In this document: one piece after another, positions 1 to 12,402 of the stretch
Numbering within the stretch: the stretch's first letter is position 1
How the letters are laid out: every line of letters starts with the position of its first letter
Origin: a virus
Taxonomy: Duplodnaviria > Caudoviricetes
Reading direction: 5' to 3' (one strand)
IMG/VR virus record: IMGVR_UViG_3300029305_005185
Span: 116,868-180,867 of that record
Length of the DNA stretch: 64,000 nt
Notes under the pieces: model-generated
Told to the model about the DNA's origin: nothing
Database searches by the model: none
What the model saw: only the letters and a program-made list of their open reading frames with translations
Made by a program: the position numbers and the translations under genes

Positions 1-2094
1 ATTTTATTTGTTAACGTTCCTTGGACTGGTGATATTACTGGTGTAACTGCTGGCGATGGTTTAACCGGTGGCGGTTCTTCTGGTTCCGTAACGCTAAAAG
101 TTGGCGCTGGCGCTGGTATTACTGTTAGTGCTGACGCAGTTGGACATACTAACAGTGTAACTGCGGATACCGCTTCCGAGGGTGGCTCTGCTCGTACTTT
201 GGCTCATGGTGGTACTTTTAATATCCCAAGTGTTACTTATGATACTGAAGGTCATATCACAGCAAAAGGTTCTACCACCTTAACTCTACCAAGTCTTCCC
301 AACGCAGGTACAAGTGCGGGCGTTGTAAAGTCTGGTGGCGTAGCTACTATTGCTGATGGTGTAATTACTGCTGTTAGCGGCGCTAGCAATGCAGATACCG
401 CAGGCACTGCTAATAAAGTAGCTAATTCTCTATCAATTCAAGGCAATGGAACTGGTATTACTTTTGATGGTTCTGCGGCTAAAACTGTAAATATTAAAGG
501 TTCTGGCACCGTTTCTGTAACTGGCAATACCAGTGGTGTAATTACTATTACTGGCTCAGCCCATCCTACTGCTTTAAAGAACCCAAATGCGTTGACTATA
601 GATGTAAATGGAACTTCTACTTCTTACGACGGTTCTTCTACTAAGACTGTAACTATTAATGCCGCGGCTTTAGGTTTATCCAGTGCTATGCAATTTGGCG
701 GCGTTGTAACTTCTTTACCAACATCAAGTACTGCTGGTACTGTTGTACTAATGGGTAATAAGGAATATGTATACGATACCAATGGAAATTGGGTTGAACT
801 TGGTGACGAAGGAAGTCATGCTTTAAAAACAATTAAAGTTACTGCTAATGCTGGTTTGACTGGTGGTGGCACTCTTGCTTCTGATATGACTATTGGTCAT
901 GCTAATAGCATCACCGCGGGCACCGCGCAAGGTAGCAGTGGTACATTAAGTCATGGCGGAACATTTACTATTCCTAAGATTACTTATGATGCTTATGGTC
1001 ATATTACTGGCGCGTCTACTACAACTTATACATTACCTGCTGATAGCAATACTCACTATACTGCTAACTTATATTTAGGTGCTTCTGGCGCTTCTTCTAA
1101 TGCTACTACCGCAGTAAGCAATCCTTACTTAGTATTACGTGAAAATAGCACTACAAGAAACAATATTCAATTAAAAGGTAGTTCTGGCATTTCTGTAAGT
1201 GGTGCAAGCGGAGTGGCAACTATTGGACATACCAACTCTGTTACCGCTGCTACCGCATAGGGTTCCGCAACTGGCACTTTAAGTTTTGGTGGAACATTTA
1301 CAATTCCCACTATTACTTATGACGCTCAAGGACATATTACTGGTAAGGGCACTACAACTCTTACTATGCCAGCGAACCCCAATACCGATACTCACTGGAC
1401 AGCCAACTTAATTACTGGCGCTTCTGCCACAGCGACCGCTAATGCGGCAGCATCTGATGGTAGCGTTTATTTGAACTTAATTGAAAATGGCAGTGTTCGC
1501 AATTCTCATCTCATTGATGGCGCGGGTACTGTTACTGTTACTAGTGATACAAATGGCAAAATTACTATTACTGGTTCTGCGCATCCAACAGTTAATAATG
1601 CCAAGATTACCCTTAGTGCTGGTACTGGTCTAACTGGCGGCGGAGATTTTACTCTAAATCAATCTGGTGCAGAGACAATTTCCTTTGGACATAGTAATAG
1701 TGTTACTGCTGGCACAGCGCAAGGCGGTAGTGGCCAGTTAAGTCATGGTGGTACTTTTACTGTACCTACTATTACCTATGACGCACAAGGTCACATTACT
1801 GCTAAAGGTACTACTACTTATACCTTACCTACTGACAATAACACAGATACCAAAGTAACTCAGGCAGCGGCAATTGCTACTAATGGTAATTATCCTGTTC
1901 TACTTGCTTATAGTACATCTACATCTTCTGTAACTAATACTGTAAATAAGAGCACAACTTTGTTATATAATCCTTCTACTGGAACATTAAGTGCTACCAA
2001 GTTCAGTGGTAATGGTAATTCCTTAACAGATATTAATGCAGTCCAATTAACTCTTGCTGATAGCGATGAATTGATTCTTGACTGTAATGATTAA
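1..2094 (+). CDS. Tail fibre-like Gly/Thr/Ser-rich repeat protein, 5'-partial, read through TAG 1258-1260
   Basis: Track ORFs 199..1260 and 1366..2094 are in the same frame. The repeat 'HSNSVTAGTAQG..L.HGGTF.IP.ITYD.QGHIT' has TAG at the Q position of one copy. Confidence 0.8.
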
Positions 2095-2173
2095 TAAAAC
2101 TTAAAGGGCTGGCTGGAATGATGCCAGCTCTATTTTCCAATATCTGGAATGATGATATAAAGGAGATGTTATT

Positions 2174-3703
2174 ATGGCGACAAATACGTTAAAAACACGT
2201 ATTCAACATAAAAATGGTTCAGCTTCTGATTGGTCTTAGGCAACAACGTTCGTACCTCTAAAAGGCGAGCTTATTATATATAATGATGCTACTACACCAA
2301 AAATTAAGGTTGGTGACGGTGCAACACTAGTAGAAAATCTACCTTTTGTAGGTGCTTCTATTACAATGAATGGAGCAATAGCCTCCAGTCCAAGTTTTTA
2401 CGCACCTACAACCGCTGGTACAGCGGGGCAGGTATTAAAATCTAATGGTTCTGGCGCTCCTACTTGGGCGGCAGAATACAGTTATACTTTACCAACCGCC
2501 ACATCATCAGTTCTTGGCGGTGTAAAAGTAGGTTCTAATATTACAGTATCCAGCGGTACAATTAGTTTGACTAAAGCGAATGTTACCGCGGCATTAGGTT
2601 ATACACCACCAACAAGTGATACAAATACAACCTATTCTGCTGGCACTGGTATTAGTTTAAGTGGTACTACATTCTCAAATAGTGGTGTTCGTTCTATTTC
2701 TACTGGTTCAAGCAATGGTACAATTAGTGTAAATACTAATGGCACAAGTGCCAATGTTGCGGTAAAGGGATTGGGTAGCGCGGCGTATCTAGCTAGTACG
2801 GATTTGATTCATTCTGTATCTTTGGCTACAGACGGTACTCTTAGAGTAAATAATGGTAGTGGTACTTCTATTCTTTCTTTAGGTAATTATTATTTAAAGC
2901 TTTCTGGTGGTACAGTAACTGGGAATATCAACATTCAAGGTACAAGTTATCCATCTTTTTGCTTGCAACCAACTACTGCTAACAGTGCTGGAACATATAC
3001 TGGAGGCTTCTTTGAAGGAAGTTATGTAGATAATGTAAGTATGTGGGTATGGACTGATAGAAATAATAGCGCTAAATCTCGTCGTGGTTTAGTTTTATAT
3101 GGTTATGCTTAGTAGACAAATGATAATTATGCTTTAGCCTTACGCAGATGTGATACCTCTGGTAATTGGCAGTCGGATTTAAATATACTTCATAGTGGTA
3201 ATTTTTCTTCTTACGCTTTATCATTATCTGGCGGCACAATTTCTGGTAATTTAACTGTTACAGGCACTATTACTGGCACAAAAGTCTACGGTGCCGTTTG
3301 GAATGACTATGCCGAATATCGCTCTCAAAACGAAACTATCGAACCTGGCTACATCACCTATTGTGATGACGATGGCAAATTGAAGAAAACTGCCAAACGT
3401 CTCCAAAAATACGAAGGCGTTGTGTCCGATACCTTTGGTTTCGCAATTGGTGAAACTGACGATTGCAAAACTCCTCTTGCAGTATCTGGTCGTGCTCTTG
3501 TTTACTGCGACCCAGAAGAACACTTCCACTCTGGTGATTGTGTATGTGCTGGACCAAATGGTTTGGCGTATCGTATGATGAGAGAAGAAATTATTGAATT
3601 CCCTGACCGTATTGTTGGTGTTGTTTCTGAGATTCCAACATATGAAACTTGGGGTACTGGAAATGTAAAAGTTGATGGTCGTATTTGGATAAAAATTAAA
3701 TAA
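2174..3703 (+). CDS. Tail fibre/adhesin with Mtd_N-like N-terminus and C-terminal DYAEY intramolecular chaperone domain (TAG readthrough)
   Basis: AAGGAG RBS. N-terminus MATNTLKTRIQHK..W..FVPLKGE..KIKVGDG. One frame through three TAGs to GAVWNDYAEYR...PDRIVGVVS...GRIWIKIK. Confidence 0.8.
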
Positions 3704-3779
3704 TAATACCATTGATTTAATAATAGAATATTATCCCGCCCAAGTATAAAATTTGGGCGGGAAGTTAAGGAGGATAGTT

Positions 3780-4302
3780 ATGACTTAGAAAAAAATTTTT
3801 AGACCAAGAAGGTGTGCAATATCTTTGGTCTAAAGTGTCTTTGCAAGACTACCCTAATAATGATACTTTAATTGCAGTTTTAAATGCAATTGATGAAACT
3901 AAAGCTGATAAGGAAGAAATTCCTTCAAAAATAAGTCAATTAGAAAATGATTCTAATTTAATGACTCAAGAATAGGCTGATAGCCTAGCCACCAATTACG
4001 ATGCTGCTGGTTCTGCTGCTCAGGCGCTAGTAGATGCCAAGGCTTATGCTGATGGTCTTGCTGGTAACTATGATGCTAAGGGTTCCGCCGCGCAGGCCCT
4101 AACCGATGCTAAGGCTTATAGTGATGGCAATTTAGGTGTTGCTAAGACTTATAGTGATACTAACTTGGCTGCGGCGAAGACTTATAGTGATGGTAACCTA
4201 AATACTGCTAAAGCTTATACCGATACTGAATTAGCCAAGGTAGTAGCACTATCTACTGAGGAAATTGACGCCGCAATCGCTGCTGCTACTCCTGCTAATT
4301 AA
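3780..4302 (+). CDS. Fibre/decoration-like repeat protein with an apparent frameshift in the A7 run at 3789-3795
   Basis: AAGGAGG RBS precedes ATG 3780. The body KKFLDQEGVQYLW...YDAAGSAAQAL.DAKAY repeats lies in the +1 frame. Internal TAGs present. Confidence 0.6.
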
Positions 4303-4331
4303 TCAGTTAGTTAATTTGGTTTCGGTGAGGG

Positions 4332-4538
4332 ATGTTTATGCAAGTTGTAAGACTTTGTTAGAGAAATGACATTGAAGCTAATTGGAAGATTAGTAATCCC
4401 GTACTATATATGGGAGAAATCGCAGTTAGTATTGACGTCAATAATCTCAAAATCGGTGATGGAAAAACCGCGTGGAAAGACTTGCCATATTATATGTAGT
4501 CTCTAACCGATGAAGAAATTTTGGCGTTATGTAAATAA
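4332..4538 (+). CDS. Small stand-alone Mtd_N-like protein (2 TAG=Gln)
   Basis: Translates as QRNDIEANW...NPVLYMGEIA...LKIGDGKTAWKDLPY. Confidence 0.7.
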
Positions 4539-4626
4539 AAGGGGTGATTATTCACCCCTTTATTTTATTATAAAAATTTGACAAAAAGAAAAAATTATTT
4601 TATACTTAAAAGAAAAGAGGTATAAA

Positions 4627-5712
4627 ATGAGAGTTTCTTGTAATGATTTAAAAAGACAAATAAATAAATATTCTTCTGAGTTAGAAGAAAAATTATCTAA
4701 TGTATTTTATAGTGGCTCTTATATTCTTGGTTAGGAAGTCGCAGCTTTTGAAGAAGAATTTTCTTCTTATTTGGATATTAAACATTGTATAGGAGTGGCT
4801 AGCGGATTAGATTCTTTAATTCTAGCTTTTTAGCTTTTAGGAATTGGCGCTGGTGATGAAGTAGTTATGGCGGCGAATGTTTATACAGCTTGTGCTTTAG
4901 CTGCCATTAAAAATGGAGCGATTCCTGTATTAGTTGATTGCAATGAGTATTATAATATAGATGTTTCTCAAATTGAAAAAGTTATAACACCAAAAACAAA
5001 GGCTATTTTAGCCGTCCATTTATATGGACAAAGTTGCGATATGGATGCTATAATGTCTATAGCAGAGAAATATAATTTATATGTTATTGAGGACTGCGCT
5101 CAAGCACATGGTGTGACTTTTAATGGGAAAAAAGTTGGTACTTTTGGTGATATTGGTTGTTTTAGTTTTTATCCAACTAAAAATCTTGGAGCTTTGGGAG
5201 ACGGTGGTTGTCTAGTAACGAATAATGATGCTATTGCTAAAAGGGGTCGTATTCTTCATAATTATGGCCAAAAAGAAAAAAATATTTTTGATGAAATTGG
5301 CATGAATAGTAGACTTGATGAAATTTAGGCTGGTTTACTAAGAATAAAATTAAAACATTTGGATGAAATGAATAAAGAACGAGAAGAAATTGCTAATTAT
5401 TATTTACAAGAAATTCAAAATGATAATATAAATTTGCCAAAAATACAACCAAAAAGTAGCTGTGTATGGCATCAATTTGTAATTAGTTCTAAAAGACGTG
5501 ATGAATTAAAAGAATTTTTAAACGAAAAAAATATAGAAACTCTTATTCATTATCCGTTGCCTTTTTATTTAAACAAAGCTTATAGTTTTTTAAAATATAA
5601 ATAGGGAGACTTTCCCAATGCAGAGAAAAAAGTATTGAGTTTACCGATGTTTATTGGTATTAATAAAAGTGAAAAAAAGAAAGTAGTGGAAACATTAAGG
5701 GAGTTTAATTAA
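4627..5712 (+). CDS. DegT/DnrJ/EryC1/StrS family PLP-dependent sugar aminotransferase (4 TAG=Gln)
   Basis: Motifs [30 protein letters not shown] and NSRLDEI[TAG]AG, where Q is conserved. Confidence 0.92.
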
Positions 5713-5865
5713 TTAAATGAATAAGAAATTTATTTATTCTACATTATTATATTCCGATGATTATATTGAGAACGAAATAAAAAATTTTGTTCTCTTATTT
5801 TTTTTACATTTTTATAATTTTGTGTTATAATAAATCACAAAAGAAAAAAGAAAGTAGGAAAATCT

Positions 5866-6467
5866 ATGTTTAAACTTGGTCCTAAACGTTCTTGTCGTGA
5901 ATGTGCTTGTCTTGCTCTTCATAAAGATGGGAGCGGCACTTGTTATCCTAATAGTCCTGACTGTGGAGCAGAATATGAATTAACAGCAGAAGAAATTAAC
6001 ACTCCCGAAGTATGTGATTTTTGGAGGAAAAAGAGCGATGAATTATGAGAATATTTTGAATTTATTAAAAGGTAACAATTATTATACCAGCGTATATAGT
6101 AATACACAATGGTATCCAGAAGATATAGCAGCACAAAAATATATTGATGATAGCATTAGAAGTATTTGGTACTCTGATGGAAAGACTGAAATTGAAGTAA
6201 AGGAAGAGAAGAAAAATGCCGAAACCAAATCCGAAGTATGTTCCTCCAGCCAGCATCCCGACGACGGATGTATCTACTGGTAAGCTTTCTGAGAAGTGGG
6301 AAACAGCGGTATCTAATGGAGATACTTTTACTCATCCGTATAATGGCAAGCCGTATATTAGACTTTCTATTGAATATGATGATATTAATAAGATTCGCAA
6401 TGCTCTTCGTGTTGCGGAGAAGAATCCGAAGGTGGGTGTGAAGATTGACAAAGGAATCACTTGGTAA
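5866..6467 (+). other. Three small hypothetical phage CDSs (5866..6048, ~6038..6283, 6216..6467)
   Basis: Closely packed + strand ORFs with RBS-like sites. No family recognised. Confidence 0.55.
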
Positions 6468-7224
6468 TCGTGTAATTGATTGTAAGAAATACGCAGACAA
6501 TATTCTAAACTCCATTTCTGGTGATGGCCGTCTTGCTATTATTAGTGTTGGAGAAAATGCCGCGTCAGAAGCATATATGCGCGGCAAGCAGAAAGATTGT
6601 GACCGCGTAGAATTTCATTGTTCTCGTCATCATTTTCCTAACGGCACACTACAGAGTGCGATTGTTGATACGATTAGCATTTTAAATGAAGATGAACGAG
6701 TAACTGGTATTATTATTCAGTTGCCTCTCCCCGAAGGATATGATGAAGAATATCTTACTAGTTTGGTCTATCCCGAAAAGGACGTGGATGGTTTTGTAGA
6801 AGGTAGCCACTTTCAGCCTTGTACGCCCGAAGGTGTAATTTACATTGCTGAGCAAGAAGTGGGCGACCTTACCGGTAAGAATGTTGTAATTATTGGACGA
6901 GGAAAACTTGTTGGTCGTCCGTTGGTACAGATGATGATTGATAAGAATGCTACTGTGTCTGTTTGTCATAGTAAAACTTCGGAGAATACAATAAAATATC
7001 TTACCGAAAAAGCGGACGTTATTGTTGTTGCTACTGGTACTCCAGAAAGATGGCTCTTTAATAATTCTAATGCTATCGTAATTGATTGTGGCATTAGTCG
7101 TAATGCTGAAGGAAAACTTGTTGGCGATGTAGCCTATACTCCTGGCCGTTGTACTCCCGTGCCCGGTGGTGTTGGACTTATGACGAGAGCAATACTGATG
7201 AAGCATGTAGAAAGGAAAAAGTAA
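6445..7224 (+). CDS. folD: Methylenetetrahydrofolate dehydrogenase/cyclohydrolase (start uncertain)
   Basis: Motifs ASEAYMRGK, GIIIQLPLP, EKDVDGF, PCTPEG, VGRP, GKLVGDV, TPVPGGVG.MT. Confidence 0.92.
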   Translation: MTKESLGNRVIDCKKYADNILNSISGDGRLAIISVGENAASEAYMRGKQKDCDRVEFHCSRHHFPNGTLQSAIVDTISILNEDERVTGIIIQLPLPEGYDEEYLTSLVYPEKDVDGFVEGSHFQPCTPEGVIYIAEQEVGDLTGKNVVIIGRGKLVGRPLVQMMIDKNATVSVCHSKTSENTIKYLTEKADVIVVATGTPERWLFNNSNAIVIDCGISRNAEGKLVGDVAYTPGRCTPVPGGVGLMTRAILMKHVERKK

Positions 7225-10200
7225 TGGAAGATATTAGTTTAGCCACAGATATTTGGCTACAATTTTTTAATAAAAATAAAGACCAAATGTATACAACGCT
7301 TAGTCAAGATAATGTTAATACTATGATTAACTATCTCAATGCGGTAGAAAGCGTCATCATGGACTATCGGCGTGAGCGAGGAGATTTTAGTTGGTGAGAA
7401 GCGCGCTTGATGTAATGCGAGATAGTGTTCAATCTTGGACTGTTGGATATGGAGAATACCAATACCCGACTTACACAATTGAAGGTGGCGGTCCAAAGTT
7501 TTTGGAATTTATTGAATGGCTAAAACGTACTCCATATAAAGAATACGTATATGAACCTGTTGAACCAGTAAAGGAGCCAAAGGATGAAGGCATTAGTTGG
7601 TGAGAGTTATCCTCTTTATTATAAATATAAAGACTTAACTTATTTGGATGCAATGAATTTAGATTATCGTCTTTCCGAATTGGACGATATGGGAGCATTT
7701 TCCGCCACAGAATATATTGTAATTAAACGAGCATTGGAAAATACTTATCCATCATATAAACGATGGAGAGAAAGGAATATTAAAAATGGCTAAATATGTT
7801 CACCGTAGTGGTTTTGTTGAGGCAGAACTAACTACAAATGGAACCTATATTATTAATGGTTCTACCTATATGACTGCCGAGCAGTTTAAACAAGAATTTA
7901 TTGAGTTCCCTGAATCCCGAATTGGTGAGTGGCTTTTCTTTTCAAATCGTCCAGTCGACCTAACTAAAGAACGCTATAAAGGGCTTCATGAGTCTTGGGG
8001 CGAATGCTTTGAAAGTGGCTTTGAATGCTCTATTTGCGGTGGTGTGGGAACTGCCGGCATGGGACCGCGAGGCGACATTCCTGAACAAGACAATTGGTCT
8101 ATTGAAGATGAACGCTCACCTTTTTGTCCTCATTGTGGTGCTAAAATGAAATATTGGAATGAAACTTATGAAGAATGGAAGGAAAGAAAAAGATGAAATA
8201 TTTTTTGCCTTTAACTAATGGTATGATTATTGGTTCTGGTTTATATTTGCTTTATGAAATGTTTATTGGTTACGGCAACGTAATTGAAATCGCAGGCTTA
8301 TTTGTTTTTAGCCTTATTTGTCGCGCCGTAGCCGGTATTTGGGAGAAGTAAAATGGAAGAAAAACGAGAACTTACTTGTCGCGATTGCGGGAATGTAGAA
8401 ACTATTTATTATTGTAAAGCGCTTGCGACAGAAATTGAAAATGAGAAGAAACTCGTTGAATGCCCCTATAGCCATAATTGGCAACGCGGCAATGCTCTAT
8501 ATATTTGGTATTGCCCCGAATGTGGCAATCAGTTATTGGCAGTGACCCCACCTGAAAAATGTCCTGAATGTAATACCCTTCTTGGAAGAAAAAATGTAAA
8601 ATAAAGGAGAGAAAGAATTATGGGTTTTCTAGTTATTTGTGTATGGTTTTGTTTCCTATCTTATGTTGTTGGTGTAGTAGTTGGTGAACATCGCTCTGAT
8701 CGCTATTGGCGTGAAAAGTGGTGGGAACTTCGTGAAGAATATATAAGCGAATACCCCGAATCTTTTGAGGATGACCCCGATGACGACGACGATGACGAGG
8801 AAGAGGAAGATGAGTCTACTAGGGACTAATTGTACCAATTGTCGTAATAATGATTGTTGTTCTCTAATATTAGGTTTTCGTACTGCTTGGTGTAAAATTG
8901 AAAGTCTATATGAAAATTTGACAAAAGAATTTTATTGTGGTACAATAACAATGAAATGTGATAATTATAGTCAGAAAGAAGAAAATAATAATGAATATGG
9001 ATATGGACTTTGATAAAAAAGAACTGGCAAAAGAACTTGTTCACGCATGGGAAGAGGAACGAATAATTCTTCTTCCTGTGCCGATTGGCACAAAGGTTTG
9101 GCGTGTTCATTGTTCTTATGTGCCTAAAAGTGATAACAAAAGTATTTACCGTAGTTGGGAAAAAACTTATGTTTATGATGAAGAAAAATATGAATTGTCT
9201 ATGTATAACGCCGTAGATATTTATTTTTCAGAAGAATCTGCCCGCTTAGCAGTAAAGAGGTATATGAATGAAACCTGATTTTAGAACTTATATAACTACT
9301 ATTGTTGAAAGAATGCGTAATGAAAAGAGTGTGGAAATGGAATTTATCAAAAAGAATATTGCTGAAAATAATTTCAACGATAGCAAAGAACTACAAGATT
9401 TAAAAGAAGCATTTTTGGTTAGTGGTTCGGCGTATGCTATGCTTGACGCCCTTATGAAAGCTATTAATGATTATGATAGACTTGATGTAAAACTTAATTT
9501 AAAGAAGGTATTGAATTAATGGAAATGAGAGTTAATATTACCGAAATGGTAAAAGAATGTATTGATAAAGAGTTGAGTGATACAGTCGCTAATGTTGAAA
9601 AATTAACCGTAGATTCTTATGCGGTCAACAGTTGTTTAGCAGAAAAAGCAGACAAGAGTTATGTTGCAATTAATGAACAGCGCATTAATAATTTAGAACA
9701 AGAAACTCAGCCGGCGAATATGCTTGAGCATATGCTTCAAGATTATAAACAGTTAGAAGCATATCAGGCTATTGGTACTCCTTATCGTATCAAGGAACGC
9801 ATTGATACTATTACCAAAGAGCGAGATAAGTATTACGATGAACGTAATGAATGGTTAGAGAAATATAGAGCGCTTTATGATGAAAAATTAGATATTCAAA
9901 GTAAGTCTGTTTATTTTGAAGAACTACGTAATCTTCTTTGCGATATGATGAATAACTATGAAAATTGCACGACCGGTCTAGCCAATGCCGACACCGGTAC
10001 TGCTCGTTTCTTTTATATTAATGCTTTAAGTAATGTTATGAATAAGATTGTAGAAATGGAGAGAAATAAGAATGGGTACTGTTAAATTTAATGATGGAAA
10101 TTTTTATCTAAATGGAGAATATATTGGTAGTGGCAAATTTACGGGTGCCACGGAAACCATTCGCCATAAAGATGCTCGTATTAAGTTTCTTGAAGAACAG

Positions 10201-11005
10201 CTCATTCACGAACGAGCAAGAAGTGAAAAGTTTCTTCATGTTTTAAATGAATATGAGTCTGTCTTTAAAACTCCACAGGAAATGAAAGACTATGTTAATA
10301 AAACTGCTGAATTTAGCGCCAAAATGGCAAAGTTGAGACAGGAAGCCATTACTATTGATATGGTAGAGAAGGCGGCGTATGATATTATTCGCTGTTTTGT
10401 AAAAGAAGAGGATGCCAATCGCCGAACTCCTTGGGCTACCCATTGTAATGATGTTCTGGTAACTCTTATTACTACTCGTTTGGTGGAAAGGGTGAAGCAG
10501 TATGCGAAAGATTGATTTTGCGAATTGGTTTTGGGCGACAGTATGTGTGGCATATCTTGGCTCTATCATTTGGGGACTTATAGCCGCTTGGACTAAGCCT
10601 TGTTTTAATGTTTTAGAACGTATTGTTATGACTTTACTGATGCTTGTTTGAGGTGTATATGAATATTATTTTAGGTGTAATTGTCGGCGTTGGGTATTTA
10701 TTTGTGAAGGCCATGGTAATTCGGAAACTAATCGTAGAGAACCCCAACATGTCGAAAAATGAGAAGATTGTCACTGCAGTAGCGGTGTTAGTGTAATGCT
10801 TACAAGTATAAATCGTGTTCCTATTATGAGTGACGAAACAATTCTAAATGGTTTTCCAAGAGCGGATAAAGGAACTGTTATATATTTCCAAAAAGAAAGG
10901 GCTACCTATATTTATTATGGTGATGGCGAATGGCGATCTATTATGAATAATACTGATTATGAATATCATAAAGAAAAGAAAAAAGAAAAGGAAATTGTTT
11001 GGTAA
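7224..11005 (+). other. Array of about 15 small hypothetical CDSs, several with CxxC zinc ribbons (7786..8196, 8353..8604)
   Basis: Abutting or overlapping + strand ORFs, typical of a phage early region. Confidence 0.6.
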
Positions 11006-11087
11006 TGAATTATCTTTATGTCCTCGCCGCCATTCCTCTTATTATGGTAGTGATTTTGATTTTATCATTATTTATTCCATATGAAAT

Positions 11088-11116
11088 TTGACAAAAATCA
11101 AATTTTCATATATAAT
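11088..11116 (+). promoter_or_regulatory. Consensus sigmaA promoter, one of at least 14 copies (-35 also at 15285, 16798, 18003, 18752, 21660, 33907, 34222, 34981, 37880, 43618, 44233, 44335, 47231, 57783)
   Basis: TTGACA-17 bp-TATAAT counted by hand at each listed site, all in AT-rich context. Confidence 0.85.
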
Positions 11117-11185
11117 AATTACATAAGAAAGGCGATAAGAATAACTTTCTTATCGCCATTTATTTACTTGAAAGAAGGAAATTTT

Positions 11186-11713
11186 ATGGATAACAAGCCT
11201 ACCCTTATTATTATGTGCGGTGTTCCCGGAGCAGGCAAGGATTATCATATTATGAATCATCGTTTCTTTGAAAATCTACGCGCGAATGTCGTGTCTCGTG
11301 ATGCTATTCGTTTTAGCATGCTGAAGGATGGCGATGATTATTTCAAGAATGAAAATAAGGTATTTAATCAGTTTGTTCGTGAAATCGTTGTTGGTCTTAA
11401 TGAAGGTCGTAATGTAGTGGCTAATGCTACTCATATTAACCGTGCTTCTCGTGATAAACTCATTAAGGCTATTGATGCGTGCGTATCCGTAAAGGATTAT
11501 AATATTATGTTTTTTGTAGTTCAGGCTTCTTATGAGACTGTTTTGAAGCAGAATAATCGCCGTGTGGGTCTGAAGCGCGTGCCTGATGATACTATTACTA
11601 ATATGTTTAGCAAGTTTTCCATGCCTGGCTATCATGAGGATAAGCGCATTACTGATGTTTATGTGCTTCGTAATGGAAAACTTATGAGAAAGGAAGGCGG
11701 TAATAATGGCTGA
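11186..11713 (+). CDS. AAA_33/polynucleotide kinase-like P-loop protein
   Basis: Motifs IMCGVPGAGK, VSRDAIR, VVANATHIN, R.VPDD.I. Confidence 0.8.
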   Translation: MDNKPTLIIMCGVPGAGKDYHIMNHRFFENLRANVVSRDAIRFSMLKDGDDYFKNENKVFNQFVREIVVGLNEGRNVVANATHINRASRDKLIKAIDACVSVKDYNIMFFVVQASYETVLKQNNRRVGLKRVPDDTITNMFSKFSMPGYHEDKRITDVYVLRNGKLMRKEGGNNG

Positions 11714-12260
11714 GATTTGGTTCTCGTCGGACCTTCATTTGAGTCATGACAAGGATTTCGTATGGAAGGAAAGAGGTTTTTCTTCTGTTGGAGAAATGAA
11801 CGTCGCGCTCATTGATAATTTTAACGAATGCGTGCGAACGCAGGATACACTTTATCTTCTTGGTGATAACTGGCTTAACTGTTCGGTTGGAGAAGGTATT
11901 GCGCTCTTACACCAGATTAAGTGTAAGGACATTCGTTTTATTCGTGGCAATCATGATTCACCCAATCGTTGGGAATCATTGAAGGAAGTCGGCACTCCTA
12001 TTGGTTGGGCGGAAATGATTAAGGACGCGAAAAAGTATTATTTGCTTTCTCACTATCCAACTCAAACCGCAAACTATGATGATGGATGGGGTAATGCTGT
12101 ACGAAATCTTCATGGGCATAGCCATCAGAAAAGCCCATTAAGTGGTGATTTTCAGGTTAATGTTGGTGTTGATGCTTGGAATAATAGACCTGTTTCTTTT
12201 GGAGAAGTAAGGGAACTTTTGAATAAGAGTTATTTTAGTGATGCTTTTAAGAAAGAGTGA
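11706..12260 (+). CDS. Calcineurin-like metallophosphoesterase
   Basis: Motifs SDLHLSH, LLGD, RGNHD, LSHYP, LHGHSH, NVGVDAW. Confidence 0.88.
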   Translation: MAEIWFSSDLHLSHDKDFVWKERGFSSVGEMNVALIDNFNECVRTQDTLYLLGDNWLNCSVGEGIALLHQIKCKDIRFIRGNHDSPNRWESLKEVGTPIGWAEMIKDAKKYYLLSHYPTQTANYDDGWGNAVRNLHGHSHQKSPLSGDFQVNVGVDAWNNRPVSFGEVRELLNKSYFSDAFKKE

Positions 12261-12402
12261 TAATAATGCCTGATAAGAATAAAACCAAGCAACGTTCTTG
12301 GAAAGAAGTGAATGCCTCTATTCGTCGTAATTGGGGCGATGTAAAGCCCTATACACGAGTGCATGACTCTAAGAAGAATAAAAAGCCGAAGTATAAGAAG
12401 GA

